Origin: Squalus acanthias
Taxonomy: Eukaryota
Direction of reading: 5' to 3'
Assembly: GCA_030390025.1 (NCBI GenBank)
Contig: CM059432.1
Coordinates: 125,552,001-125,616,000 of the forward strand
Length of the DNA: 64,000 nt
Positions 11,855 through 24,562 of the stretch are shown here, piece by piece. The translations under genes were made by a program, and so were the position numbers. Every line of letters begins with the position of its first letter. Position 1 is the first letter of the stretch. Below the pieces are notes generated by a model. The model did not search any database and was not told where the DNA came from. It was given only the letters and a program-made list of their open reading frames with translations.

Positions 11855-12689
11855 CAGCAAACTTGGATATACATCTCTATTCCTTCATCCAAGTCATTTA
11901 TAAATAAATAGTGAAAAGCTGCGGTCCCAGTACAGACCCCTGGGGGACACCACTAGTCACATTTTGCTAATTTGAGTACACTCATTATCGCCACTGTATC
12001 CTACCTCCTAACCAATTCCTTATCCAAACCAATAGATTGCCTCCAATTACATGCGCTCTCATTTAAGTTTTTTTATGCATTGTCGTATGCCTTCAGGAAG
12101 ACCATATAAACAACATCCATAGACACTCCTTATCTACCATGTTAGTTACAGCCTCAAAAAATTTCAACTAGATTAGACATAACTTCAAGTGCTCAATCAC
12201 TGTCACTAAACAGATTTTGGTAACTTCCCCACAACTGACATTTGACTAATAGGCCTATAATTTCCTAGTTTATCTCTTACCTTTCTTAAATAATGGAGTG
12301 ACATTGGCAATTCTCCAATTGAAGGGGACATTCCTGAATTGAGTTTTGGAAGATTAACCATTTCCTCACCTACCTCGTTTAATACTCTCAGGTGGAAACC
12401 ATTGGGTCCTGGAGATTTGTCCATCTTTAATCTCATTATTTTCTCTTTTTTTAAATAAACATATTGAATCTAATTAGTTCCTCCCCTTGATTTATTTTTA
12501 GTTTTCCTTGTATCTCTGGTATTTTATCCTCATCCTCTATAGTGAAGACCGATACAAAGCAGCTGTTTAGTAAGTCTGCCATTTCCTGATTTCCAATTAC
12601 AGTATCGCCTGCATCTGTCATTAAGCGGCCCACATTAGTCACCCTCCAATATATTTGCAAAAAACCTTTAGTGTTGTCCTTGATAAACA
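11855..12689 (-). mobile_element. Old CR1 fragment (host of the L2 insertion; resumes at 22434-22565)
   Basis: KSPGPNGFH, NYRPISQMSVVGK; 110-bp duplication at 22434. Confidence 0.8.
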
Positions 12690-13339
12690 ACAACTTGTAT
12701 TTATATAGCGCCTTTAACGTAGTAAAACGTCCCAAGGCGCTTCACAGGAGTGTAATAAGACAAAAAAAAATTGACATCAAGCCACACAAGGAAAAATGAG
12801 GGCAGGTGACCGAAAGCTTGGTCAAAGAGGTAGGTTTCAAGGAGCGCCTTAAAGGAGGAAAGAGCGGCGGAGAGGTTTAAGCAGGGAATTCAAGAGCTTA
12901 GGGTCGAGGCAACAGAAGGCACTGCCACCAATGGTTGAACGATTATAATCAGGGAAGCGCAAGAGGGCAAAATTAGAGGAGTGCAGATATTTCGGGGCAA
13001 GGGGGGGCTGGAGGAGATTACAGAGATAGGGAGGGGCGAGGCCATGGAGGGATTTGAAAACAAGGATGAGAATTTTAAAATAGAGGCGTTTCTTAGCCGG
13101 GAGCCAATGTAGGTCAGCGAGCACAGGGGTGATGGGTGAACAGGACTTGGTGTGAGTTAGGACACGGGCAGCCGAGTTTTGGATGACCTCAAGTTTACGT
13201 AGGGTAGAATGTGGGAGGCCAGCCAGGAGTGTGTTGGAATAGTCAAGTCTAGACGTAACAAAGGCATGGATGAGCTGAGGCAAGGGTGGAGACGGGTGAT
13301 GTTACGGAGGTGGAAATAGGCGGTCTTCGTTTTTTTTAA

Positions 13340-16300
13340 ATCGTTTTTATGGGATGTGGGCATCGCTGACAAGGCCAGCATTTATTGCCCATCCCTAATT
13401 GTCCATGAGAAGGTGGTGGTGAGCCGCCTTCTTGAACCGCTGCAGTCCGTATGGTGAAGGTACTCCCACAGTGCTGTTAGGTAGGGAGTTCCAGGATTTT
13501 GACCCAGCGATGATGAAGGAACGACGATATACTTCCAAGTAAGGATGGTGCGTGACTTGGGGGGAACTTGGAGGTGGTGGTGTTCCCATGCGCCTGCTGC
13601 TCTTGTCCTTCTAGGTGGTAGAGGTGGCGGGTTTGGGAGGTGCTGCCGTAGAAGCCTTGGCGAGTTGCTGCAGTGCATCTTGTAGATGGTACACACTGCA
13701 GCCACGGTACGCCGATGGTGGAGGAAGTGAATGTTTAAGGTGGTGGATGGGGTGCCAATCAAGCTGGCTGCTTTGTCCTGGATGGTGTTGAGCTTCTTGA
13801 GTGTTGTTGAAGCTGCACTCATCCAGGCAAGTGGAGAGTATTCCATCACACTCCTTACTTGTGCCTTGTAGATGGTGGAAAGGCTTTGGGGAGCCAGGAG
13901 GTGAGACACTCACCGCAGAATACCCAGCCTCTGACCTGCTCTTGTTGCCACAGTATTTATGTGGCTGGTCCAGTTATATTTCTGGTCAATGGTGACCCCA
14001 GGATGTTGATGGTGGGGGATTTGGCGATGGTAATGCCATTGAATGTCAAGGGGCGGTGGTTAGATTCTCGCTTGTTGGAGATAGTCATTGCCTGGCACTT
14101 CTGTGGCACGAATGTTACCTGCCACTTATCAGCCCAAGCCTGAACGTCATCCAGGTCTTGTTGCATGCGGGCATGGACTGCTTCATTATTTGAGGAGTTG
14201 TGAATGGCGCTGAACACTGTGCAGTCATCAGTGAACATCTCCATTTCTGACCTTATGTTAGAGGGAAGGTCATTGATGAAGTAGCTGAAGATGGTTGGGC
14301 CTAGGACACTGCCCTGAGGAACTCCTGCAGCGATGTCCTGGGGCTGTGATGATTGACCTTCAACCACCACAACCATCTTCCTTTGTGCTAGGTATGACTC
14401 CAGCCAGTGGAGAGTTTTCCCCCCCGATTCCCATTGACTTCAGTTTTATTAGGGCTCCTTGATGCCACACTAGGTCAAATGCTGCCTTGATGTCAAGGGC
14501 AGTCACTCTCACCTCACCTCTGGAATTCAGCTCCTTTGTCCATGTTTGGACCAAGGCTGTAATGAGGTCGGAGCCGAGTGGTCTTGGCGGAACCCAAACT
14601 GGGCATCTGTGAGCAGGTTATTGGTGAGTAAGTGCCACTTGATAGCACTGTCGATAACACCTCCCATCACTTTGCTGATGATTGAGAGTAGACTGATGGG
14701 GCGGTAATTGGCCGGATTAGATTTGTCCTGCTTTTTGTGGACAGGACATACCTGGGCAGTTTTCCACATTGTTGGATAGATGCCAGTGTTGTAGCTGTAC
14801 TGGAACAGTTTGGCTAGAGGCGCGGCTAGTTCTGGAGCACAAGTCTTCAGCACGATAGCCGGGATGTTGTTGGGGCCCACAGACTTTGCTGTATCCAGTG
14901 CGCTCAGCCGTTTCTTGATATCACATGGAGTGAATCGAATTGGCTGAAGACTGGCTTCTGTGATGGTGGGGACCTCAGGAGTAGGCCAATATTGATCATC
15001 CACTCGGCACTTCTGGCTGAAGATGGTTGCAAACGCTTCAGTCTTGTCTTTTGCACTCACGTGCTGGGCTCCACCATCATTGAGGATGGGGATATTCATG
15101 GAGCCTCCTCCTCCTGTTAGTTGTTTAATGGTCCACCACCATTCACGACTGGATGTGGCACGACTGCAGAGCTTTGATCTGATCCGTTGATTGTGGGATC
15201 GCTTAGCCCTGTCTATAGCATGCTGCTTCTGCTTTTTAGCATGCATGTAGTCCTGTGTTGCAGCTTCCCCAGGTTGACACCTCAGTTTTAGGTACGCCTG
15301 GTGCTGCTCCTGGCATGCTCTTCTACACTCCTTATTGAACCAGGGTTGGTCCCCTGGCTTAGTGGTAATGGTAGAGTGAGGGATATGAGGTTACAGATTG
15401 TGGTGGAATACAATTCTGCTGCTGCTGATGGCCCACAGCGCCTCATGGATGCCCAGGTTTGAGCTGCTAGATCTGTTCTGAATCTATCCCATTTAGCACG
15501 GTGGTAGTGCCACACAACACGATGGAGGGTGCCCTCAGTGTGAAGATGGTACTTTGTCTCCACAATGACTGTGCGGTGGTCACTGGTACCAATACTGTTA
15601 TGGACAGATGCATCTGCGACAGGTAGGTTGGTGAGGACGAGGTCAAGTAGGTTTTTCCCTCGTGTTGGTTCTCTCACCACCTGTCGCAGGCCCAGACTGG
15701 CAGCCATGTCCTTCAGGACTCGGCCAGCTCAGTCAGTAGTAGTGCTACCGAGCCACTCTTGGTGATGGATATTGAAGTCCCCCACCCAGAATATATTCTG
15801 TGCCCTTGCTACTCTGTGCTTCTTCCAAGTGGTGTTCAACATGGAGGAGTACTGATTCATCGGCTGAGGGAGGGCAGTAGGTGGTAATCAGCAGGAGGTT
15901 TCCTTGCCTATACTTGACCTGAAGCCATGAGACTTCATGGGGTCCGGAGTCAATGTTGAGGACTCCCAGGGCCACTCCCTCCCGACTGTATCCCACTGTG
16001 CCGCCACCCCTGGTGGGTCTGTCCTGTCAGTGGGACACAACATACCCAGGGATGGTGATGGAGGAGTTTGGGACATTGGCTGAAAGGTATGATTCTGTGA
16101 GTATGACTATGTCAGGCTGTTGCTTGACTAGTCTGTGGGACAACTCTCCCAATTTTGGCACAAGTCGCGAGCTGTTGGTGAGGAGGACTTTGCAGGGTCG
16201 ACTGGGCTGGGTGTGCCAAGTTCATCCGTCTGGTTTCATTCTTATTGTGTTTCATAGCGGTTAGTTACAACTGAGTGACTTGCTCGGCCATTTCAGAGGG

Positions 16301-16553
16301 CAGTTAAGAGTCAACCACATTGCTGTGGGTCTGGAGTCACATATGGGCCAAACCAGGTAAGGACGGCAGATTTCCTTCCTTAAAGGACATTAGTGACCCA
16401 GATGGGTTTTTACGACAATCCGATAGTTTCCTGGTTACCATTAATGATACTAGCTTTTTATTCCAGATTAAATAACTGAATTTAAATTCCCCAGCTGCCG
16501 TGGTGGGATTTGAACTCACGTCTCTGGCTCACTAGCCCAGTGACATTACCACT
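13340..16553 (-). mobile_element. Near full-length single-ORF APE-RT LINE (CR1/L2-group) with tRNA-derived 5' head; ORF ~16255-13395 broken by frameshifts
   Basis: APE (LVKQQPDIVILTESY, GKNLLDLVL, SDH), RT (NYRPISLL, ALDIKAAFD, GVPQGSVLGP, FTDD), C-terminal SWNSLP..FK; B box 16515-16506. Confidence 0.9.
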
Positions 16554-17257
16554 ATTTCAGGGTCAAATATGACACCAAGGTTGCGAACAGTCTGGTTCAG
16601 CCTCAGACAGATGTTAGGGAGAGAGATGGAGTCAGTGGCTAGGGAACGGAGTTTGTGGCAGGGACCAAAAACAATGGCTTCGGTCTTCCCAATATTTAAT
16701 TGGAGAAAATTTCTGCTCATCCAGAACTGGATGTCGGACAAGCAGTCTGACAATTTAGAGACTGTGGAGGGGTCGAGCGTTGGCGAGGTAGAGCTGAGTG
16801 TCGTCAACGTACATGTGGAAACTGATGCTGTGGTTTCGGATGATGCCGCCAAGGGGCAGCATGTAGATGAGAAATAGGAGGGAGCCAAGGATAGATCCTT
16901 GGGGGACACCAGAAGTAACGATGTGGGAGCGGGAAGAGAAGCCATTGCAGATGATTAGGGACCAAAGTGGCAATCTGTGTGTAGAGCTGGAAGATGTAGG
17001 TGAGGTTTTAAATGAATATTTTGCATCTGTGTTCACTATGGAGAAGGACGATATAGGCATAGAAATCAGGCAAGGGGATTGTGATATACTTGAACAAATT
17101 AGTATTGAGAGGGAGGAGGTACTAGCGGTTTTAGCGGGCTTAAAAGTGGATAAATCCCCAGGCCCTGACGAGATGTATCCTAGGCTGCTGTGAGGCAAGG
17201 GAGGAGATTGCAGGGGCTCTGGCACAAATTTTCAGAACCTCTCTGGCCACAGGGGAG

Positions 17258-18919
17258 GCTTCACCTTCGACAACCATTTTTTTACCCAAACACACGGAAC
17301 AGCCATGGGGACCAAATTCGCACCCCAATACGCCAACATCTTCATGCACAAGTTCGAGCAAGACTTCTTCGCTGCACAGGACCTCCAGCCAACGCTGTAC
17401 ACCAGATACATCGACGACATTTTCTTCCTTTGGACCCATGGCGAAGGATCACTGAAAAGACTACACGATAATATAAACAAGTTCCATCCCACCATCAAAC
17501 TCACCATGGACTACTCCTCAGAATCGGTTTCATTCCTGGACACACGAATCTCCATCAAAGACGGACACCTCAGCACTTCACTCTACCGCAAGCCCACGGA
17601 CAACCTCACGATGCTCCACTTCTCCAGCTTCCACCCTAACCACGTTAAAGAAGCCATCCCCTATGGACAAGCCCTGCGAATACACAGGATCTGCTCAGAC
17701 GAGGAGGAACGCGATGGACACCTACGGACGCTGAAAAACGCCCTCGTAAGAACGGGATATGACGCTCGACTCATCGATCGACAGTTCCGACGGGCCACAG
17801 CGAAAAATCGCATAGACCTCCTCAGAAGGCAAACACGGGACACAACCAACAGGGTACCCTACGTCGTCCAGTACTTCCCCGGAGCGGAGAAACTACGCCA
17901 TGTTCTTCGCAGCCTTCAACATGTCATCGATGACGACAAACACCTCGCTAAGGCCATCCCCACGCCTCCACTACTTGCCTTCAAAACAGCCGCCTAACCT
18001 CAGAAGTACCATCGTTCGCAGCAAATTACCCAGCTTTCAGGATAACAGCGACCACGACACCACACAACCCTGCCACGGCAAACTCTGCAAGACATGCCAG
18101 ATCATCAACACAGATACCACCATCACACGTGAGGACACTAACCACCAGGTACATGGTACATACTCATGTGACTCGGCCAACGTTGTCTACCTCATACGTT
18201 GCAGGAAAGAATGCACCGCGGCATGGTACATCGGTGAGACCATGCAGACACTGAGACAACGTATGAACGAGCACCGCGCAACAATCGCCAGGCAGGATTG
18301 TTACCTCCCAGTCGGGGAACACTTCAGCAGTCAAGGACATTCAGCCTCGGATCTGCGGGTAAGCGTTCTCCAAGACAACCTTAGAAACACACGACAACGC
18401 AAAATCATCGAGCAGAAACTGATAGCCAAGTTCTGCACTCATGAAGACGGTCTCAACCGGGATCTTGGGTTTATGTCACGATACATGACGTGATCCAGAC
18501 TTGAGTCGTCGTTGGCTTGTTCACAGATGTGATTCCCAGTAAAAAAGTAAAAATTTTCCCAGTAAAAAAGTAAAAATTTTAAAGCTTTTCGTTTTACATA
18601 CAGACGGCAGCTTTTGACATGTTAGAACCCCTGCGACTACACCTCATTGTCTCAGTTGTATCTTGTTATGTCTTTGATGTGGTACCTTCCTGGCTGACCT
18701 GATTAACTTTATCACACCTCGGCAGATAGTCAGGATGATTTAATTTAGTGGTCTGCAATTGTAAGGTACACATGCTTTGTTCTCTATCTATATATGCTTT
18801 GGCGATTCTGTATCTATTTACTTCACCTGAGGAAGGGGCAATCGATAGCTCCGAAAGCTTGTGATTTCAAATAAAACTGTTGGACTATAACCTGGTGTTG
18901 TGCGACCTCTCAATTTTGT
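17258..18919 (+). mobile_element. Penelope-like element family B, 5'-truncated: RT + GIY-YIG (one frameshift ~17985, stop 18493) + 3'UTR/pLTR
   Basis: GTAMGTKFAPQYAN, RYIDD, LYRKPT, NVVYLIRC...YIGET; TSD CCACAGGGGAG 17247-17257 / 18920-18930. Confidence 0.95.
18823..18864 (+). ncRNA. Minimal type I hammerhead ribozyme (family B)
   Basis: TCAC-CTGAGGA-A-GGGGC-loop-GCTCC-GAAA-GCTT-GTGA, followed by AATAAA. Confidence 0.8.
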
Positions 18920-21900
18920 CCACAGGGGAGATGCCAGAGGACTGGAGAACAGCTAACGTAGTACCATTATTCAAGAAGGGTAGTAGGGATAAACCTGGGA
19001 ATTACAGGCCAGTGAGCCTAACATCAGTGGTAGGGAAACTATTGGAAAAAATGCTGAGGGACAGAATTAGTCTCCACTTGGAGAGGCAAGGATTAATCAA
19101 GGATAGTCAGCATGGCTTTGTCAGGGGGAGATCATGTCTAACCAATTTGATTGAATTTTGAGGGGGTGACTAGGTGTGTGGATAAGGGTAGTGTAGTTGA
19201 TGTAGTCTACATGGACTTCAGTAAGGCTTTTGACAAAGTCCCGCTTGGGAGACTGGTCAAAAAGGTAAGAGCCCATGGGATCCAGGGCAATTTGGCACAT
19301 TGGATCCAAAATTGGCTTAGTGGCAGGAGACAGAGGGTGATGTTCGAAGGTTGTTTTTGTGACTGGAAGCCTGTGTCCAGTGGTGTACTGCAGGGATCGG
19401 TGCTGGGTCCTTTGCTGTTTGTAGTGTACATTAATGATTTAGATATGAATGTAGGAGGTATGATCAGTAAAATTGGTGGAGTGGTAAATAGCGAAGAGGG
19501 AAGCCTCAGGCTACAGAACGATATAGACGGGTTGGTTAGATGGGCAGAACAGTGGCAAATGGAATTTAACCCTGAAAAGTGTGAGGTGATGCATTTTGGG
19601 AGGACTAACAAGGCAAGGGAATACACAATGAATGGTAGGACCCTAGGAAGGAGAGGATCAGAGGGACCTTGGTGTGCATGTACATAGATCCCTGAAGGCA
19701 ACAGGACAGGTAGAGAAGGTGGTTAAAAAGACATATGGGATACTTGCCTTCATTAGCCGAGGCATAGAATATAAGAGCAGGGAGGTTATGATGGAGCTGT
19801 ACAAAACACTAGTTAGGCCACAGCTGGAATACTGCATGCAGTTATGGTCGCCACACTATAGGATGTGATTGCATTGGAGAGGGTGCAGAGGAGATTCACC
19901 AGGATGTTACCTGGGCTGGAGCACTTCAGCTATGAGGAGAGACTGGACAGGCTGGGGTTGTTTTCCTTGGAGCAGAGAAGGCTGAGGGGGGATCTGATTG
20001 AGGTGTACAAAATTGAGGGGCATAGATAGGGTAGATAGAAAGTAACTTTTCCCCTTAGTAGAGGGGTCAATAACCAGGGGGCATAGTTTCAAGGTAAGGG
20101 GCAGGAGGTTTAGAGGGGATTTGAGGAAAAACTTTTTCACCCAGAGGGTGGTTGGAATCTGGAACTCACTGCCTGAAAGGGTGGTAGAGGCAGGAACCCT
20201 CACAACATTCAAGAAGCATTTATGAACACTTGAAACGCCATAGCATACAAGGCTACAGACCAAGTGCTGGAAAATGGGATTAGAATAGACAGGGCTTGAT
20301 GGCCGGCGCAGACACGATGGGCCAAAGGGCCTCTTTCTGTGCTGTATAACTCTATGGCTACAATTAGACAGATAAGAATGGAACCAGGTGAGTGCAGTCC
20401 CACCCAGCTGGACGACGGTGGAGAGGCGTTGGAGAAGGATGGAGTGGACAACCGTGTCAAAGGCTGCAGACAAGTCAAGAAGGACGAGGAGGGATAGTTT
20501 ACCTTTGTCAGTCACAAATGATGTCATTTGTGACTTTGAGGAGAGCCGTTTTGGTACTGTGGCAGGGGCGGAAACCTGATTGGAATGATTCAAATGTGGA
20601 GTCGCAGGAAAGATGGGCACGGATTTGGGAGGCAACCACATGTTCAAGGACTTGAGAGGGGAAAGGGAGGTTGGAGATGGGGCGGTAGTTTGCAAGGACG
20701 GAGAGGTCAATGGTTGGCTTTTTGAGAGGGGTGATGACAGCAGATTTGAGGCAGGACAGTACCTGAGGAGAGAGAACTATTAACAATGTCAGCTAACATG
20801 GGAGCCAGAAAAGGAAGTTGGGTGGTCAGCAGTTTGGTGGGATTAGGGTCGAGGGAGCAGGAAGTGGGTCTCATGGACAAGATGAGCGCAGAGCAGTCAT
20901 GAGGGGAGATCGGAGAGAAACTGGAGAAAGATGAGAGTTCAGGGCTAGGGCAGGGGAGGGAACCTTAGAGGAGATTTTGCCCGGTGGGCATGGGGAAATG
21001 GCAGAGGCAGTTGAACGGATGGTCTCAATCTTAGACAAAAGATGTCCATGAGCTCCTCACACTTGTTGTCGGAGGTGAGGGGTGGAGGAGACAGGGGAGA
21101 GGGGTTTAAGAAGACGGTTAGCAGTAGAGAATAGAAGCCGGGGTTTATCTTTGCATTCCAGAATGATTCTGGAATAGTGAGCAATTTTGGCAGACGAGAG
21201 CAGGACCTGATGATGCTTTATGTGGTCCAGCCAGATCTGGCAGAGAATGGCTAAACCAGTTGTCCGCCATATCTATTCAAGTCTGCGTCCCTTGGACTTA
21301 AGGGAGTGAAGATGAGGGCCGTACCGGGGGAACAGCCAGGGTGAGAGAGAGCAATTGTTTTAATAGGGACGAGGGCATCAAAGGTGGTAGTGAGGGTGTG
21401 GTTGAATAGATAGGTAGCTGCAGAAATGTCATGGTGAATGGAGGGCCAAAGGCTGGACAGTTGGGATTTCGTAAGTGCAGTTGTAAGAGTTGGGAGAGTT
21501 TTTTCCAGGGGCGGACACAGAAGTTAGTAGGGTCGGGTGGGTGGAGAGCGATACAAGGAAGTGGTCAGAGATGGCCTTATCTGCGATTGACACGGTAGGA
21601 GTAGCAAAGCCATGAGAGATGGCAAGGTCAAGGGGGTGGCAGGGAAGGTTGGCGAGAGTAGGATGGGACAGTTGGGGTTGATGCCCGTAAGGAGGCAGCA
21701 ACGAGTGCTTTGATGGGCCCTTTGTAGGATGCCAAGAGGTACCGAGGGAAGCTGTAGGTTTATCTAAGAGGGAGTCAAGCCTGGGACGGTGGCAGGAGAG
21801 TAGGAACGTTTTTAGAGTAATTAAGGATGGGGTAGGGAGTTGGAAGGGCAGAGTATCTGAGAGGAGAGATGAAAGGAGGCATGACAACAGGAGAGCGGAG

Positions 21901-24139
21901 TCAGGGAGGGAGAAAGAAAAGGAAAAGGGAGGAGAAAAAAGTGGGAGGCTCGAGTCCAGAGCAGCAAAGTGTGCACACGAACGGATACAGGGAAAAGCTC
22001 AGGTTACATAGGCCTGGTTATGTTGTAATTAATGGGATACATGTTTCCTGGTAGCAGGGAATAGGTTGGAGACAATAGTAGGGAGACCAGGGTCGAAGTC
22101 ACAGGTCCCATGGAGGGACAAAGCCGACGCAGAGCATCGACGAACCGCTGTCCAAATTCAGAGACAGGTGTAGCAGGGTGAAGTCCAGAAGCTATTTGAA
22201 GGGTAGAAAGTTTGAGGATGGAGGTTGTTGCTGTAGGAATGAGAGTTGGTAGCGGTGCAGAAAGATGATGGCAAAATTGACAAGTTGGAGGTCACCGTAC
22301 ATCAAAGCAGCAGAGAAAATGTAAAACCACAAGCGAGCAACCAGCAAAGCTGAAAAACCAGTAGAATGAGTCACCGGACAGTAAGTGAAACAGCATCTGC
22401 TAGCCAGAAGCCAACAAAGCTGACAAAGTTTATCATTTCCTCATTTCCAATTACAGTATTGCCTGCATGTGTCATTAAGGGGCCCATATTAGTCACTCTC
22501 CAATATATTTGTAAAAAACCTTTAGTGTTGTCCTTAATAAACATGTAAGCTTTTTCTCAATGTCTAATCACTACTTCCTGATTTACCGGTTTCTAAACTT
22601 AATGGCGGTTTGCATTGCACTAAACATTTGCATGGTATCATCCTTCTTAAACCTTTGCATGGTATAGCGCAAAGTAGAATAGCAATTACTAGACTAATTA
22701 TCTTTGTACATTTATTTTCTTCCTTTCCCATCCCACTCTTGCCACAAGTCATATGGGAGTGCAGCGGAAGGCCCACAAATTTAACCAGGTCCTAATGATC
22801 ATGGAAGACTTTTCACAGGCAGAACCTCCGGCCACCCCAAACATGCTGTCTCACGGTAGAAGACGTGGCTGCAGAGGGACCTGATGAAGGCATTTTCTGG
22901 AGCAACTTTGCAGCACTGCCTTTTCTGGCTCCACTGTACTGGCAGACACCCACAGCGGCATGGACGCCTTCCAGAAAACAAATAGGAAAACCTCCCTTTG
23001 ATGCCACAATCTGGTGGGGGTCAAAGGCAATAGATCGCAACATTTACATCCCAGCACTTACACCAAGATACATGAATTTGGGATCTAGGTTTGGAAAGAT
23101 TTCTCAGATCTCTATAGAGATCACTATACTGACCAGCTAGGTCTCCTGGAATGTTGGCAAATTAAGCCCGGATATAGATTAACGTGGGGATATGTAGAGG
23201 CCATGAAAGTACTCCAAACAATTTACCAGCATCCACTGACAAGATGATAATCTGGAATTTCATCACATCTCAAAGGGTGTGAAAAGATCTCAGCTGTGCA
23301 GGGACTTCCCTCGCGAGACTTGTTCAAGAACCTTGTGTTGAGTATTGAACACTGCTCACAATTTATGATGTAATGTGTGGAGCATCTGTAACACAATGTA
23401 AATTCTAAAGCACGGTGGTAGAACTGGGCAGGGGCTGAGGTGAAGCTGACCACACTAGGGAGAGTAATACTCTGGTGTAAAGTGAAAAAAAGTGTTTCCT
23501 AGACTTTCAGGACTGCTGGAAATGAATATTAAACAATAATTTACTATTTTTTTCTGGTACACTGTAGGAGGTGATTCATTGCTGGCAGTGAGAAATTCAG
23601 AACTACATACAGCAAAGCAGGTAGATTTCACACCTTTCCATACTCGTGTCTTAAAGGGACTGTACCCCCAGGTTTTTAACTTTATGGATTGACAGCAATG
23701 GCCTATTTATGTGAAGGCACAGGGAGGAATGATTGCCACTGGTTTTCAATGTTCATAGAAAAAACAAAATCAGACTTTGGATACCCTCTGGTATCTCAGC
23801 CATCATTCTATGGCAATTAATCTACTGCATTTGTATCTTCAATGAATGAAGATTTGCACTTCAATTTGCAAGATTATGAAAGAGTAAAATCTCAGCAAGT
23901 AGTTGTAAAGAAAATATCAAACAATAGCTAGTATGGTTATAGAAGATGGAATGTCTTAAATCTTTGGGAAATGGGGATGTTTGTAAATAAGCAAATTAGA
24001 TTTCCCCCCCCCCCCACCCAATGTACAATCCAACAGGTGCAAAAACAGTTACCAAACCATTTCCGGTCCCCTCAGTAGTAAGCGCACCACCACCTGTCTA
24101 ACAAAAAGCCTTGGACATGAAACAAGAATCCAAACATAG

Positions 24140-24562
24140 TCATTATTCAGCATTTTTATTAAAGCAAGCATTCTATAATCCAAACGTTCAGTTTCAGTTT
24201 CTAATGCTCAACCATCAAACACACTGCCAACTAAAAACAGTGTGGATCTGCTGAGCATTTCCACAGTAATGGATTACAAAACTTTAAAGAAAGGAATGCA
24301 TCAAACAACATTTCTGTGCATAAAACACCTACCCCGGCCTAGAAAACTTTTCATTTTACAATTTTTTTTTGGTATTTTCCCATTAAGTCTAGGACTAGCA
24401 TCACTTATGCCAGACCTGGCAGTGACTTGGTTTCATAAGCTTAGAGGTTTCCTTTCTTTTTTTGTATACATTTTTTGTTTTGCGATGTTTTAAAAATTTT
24501 TAGCTTTTTCCAATGTTTAGAATTTTTTTCTTCGGTAATGCAAGCTTCATGGTCCTCCTCTC
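24140..24562 (-). other. PABPC1: PABPC1 exon 15 (non-coding 3'UTR exon)
   Basis: Acceptor tttcctttatag|GAG at 24562; A-rich UTR; AATAAA at 24160-24155 followed by GU-rich tract; 3' end estimated. Confidence 0.85.
24155..24160 (-). terminator. Polyadenylation signal AATAAA of PABPC1
   Basis: tttatt on + strand; downstream minus-strand TGTTTGGATTCTTGTTTC GU-rich element. Confidence 0.8.

Larger units (their letters stand above)
16953..20355 (+). mobile_element. 5'-truncated CR1 LINE inserted in L2, itself split by a Penelope-like element
   Basis: KSPGPDEMYPRLL, NYRPVSLTSVVGK, YMDFSKAFDKV, CR1 tail TGTGCTGTATAACTCTAT. Confidence 0.92.
12690..22433 (-). mobile_element. L2 LINE in three pieces (12690-13328, 16555-16955, 20356-22433)
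   Basis: 3' tail [56 protein letters not shown]; collinear with the L2 copy at 61330-62330. Confidence 0.88.

Noticed and set aside
17305..18493. Active or domesticated RT gene
   Set aside because: 5'-truncated within RT, frameshifted near 17985 and flanked by a TSD: a dead Penelope copy.
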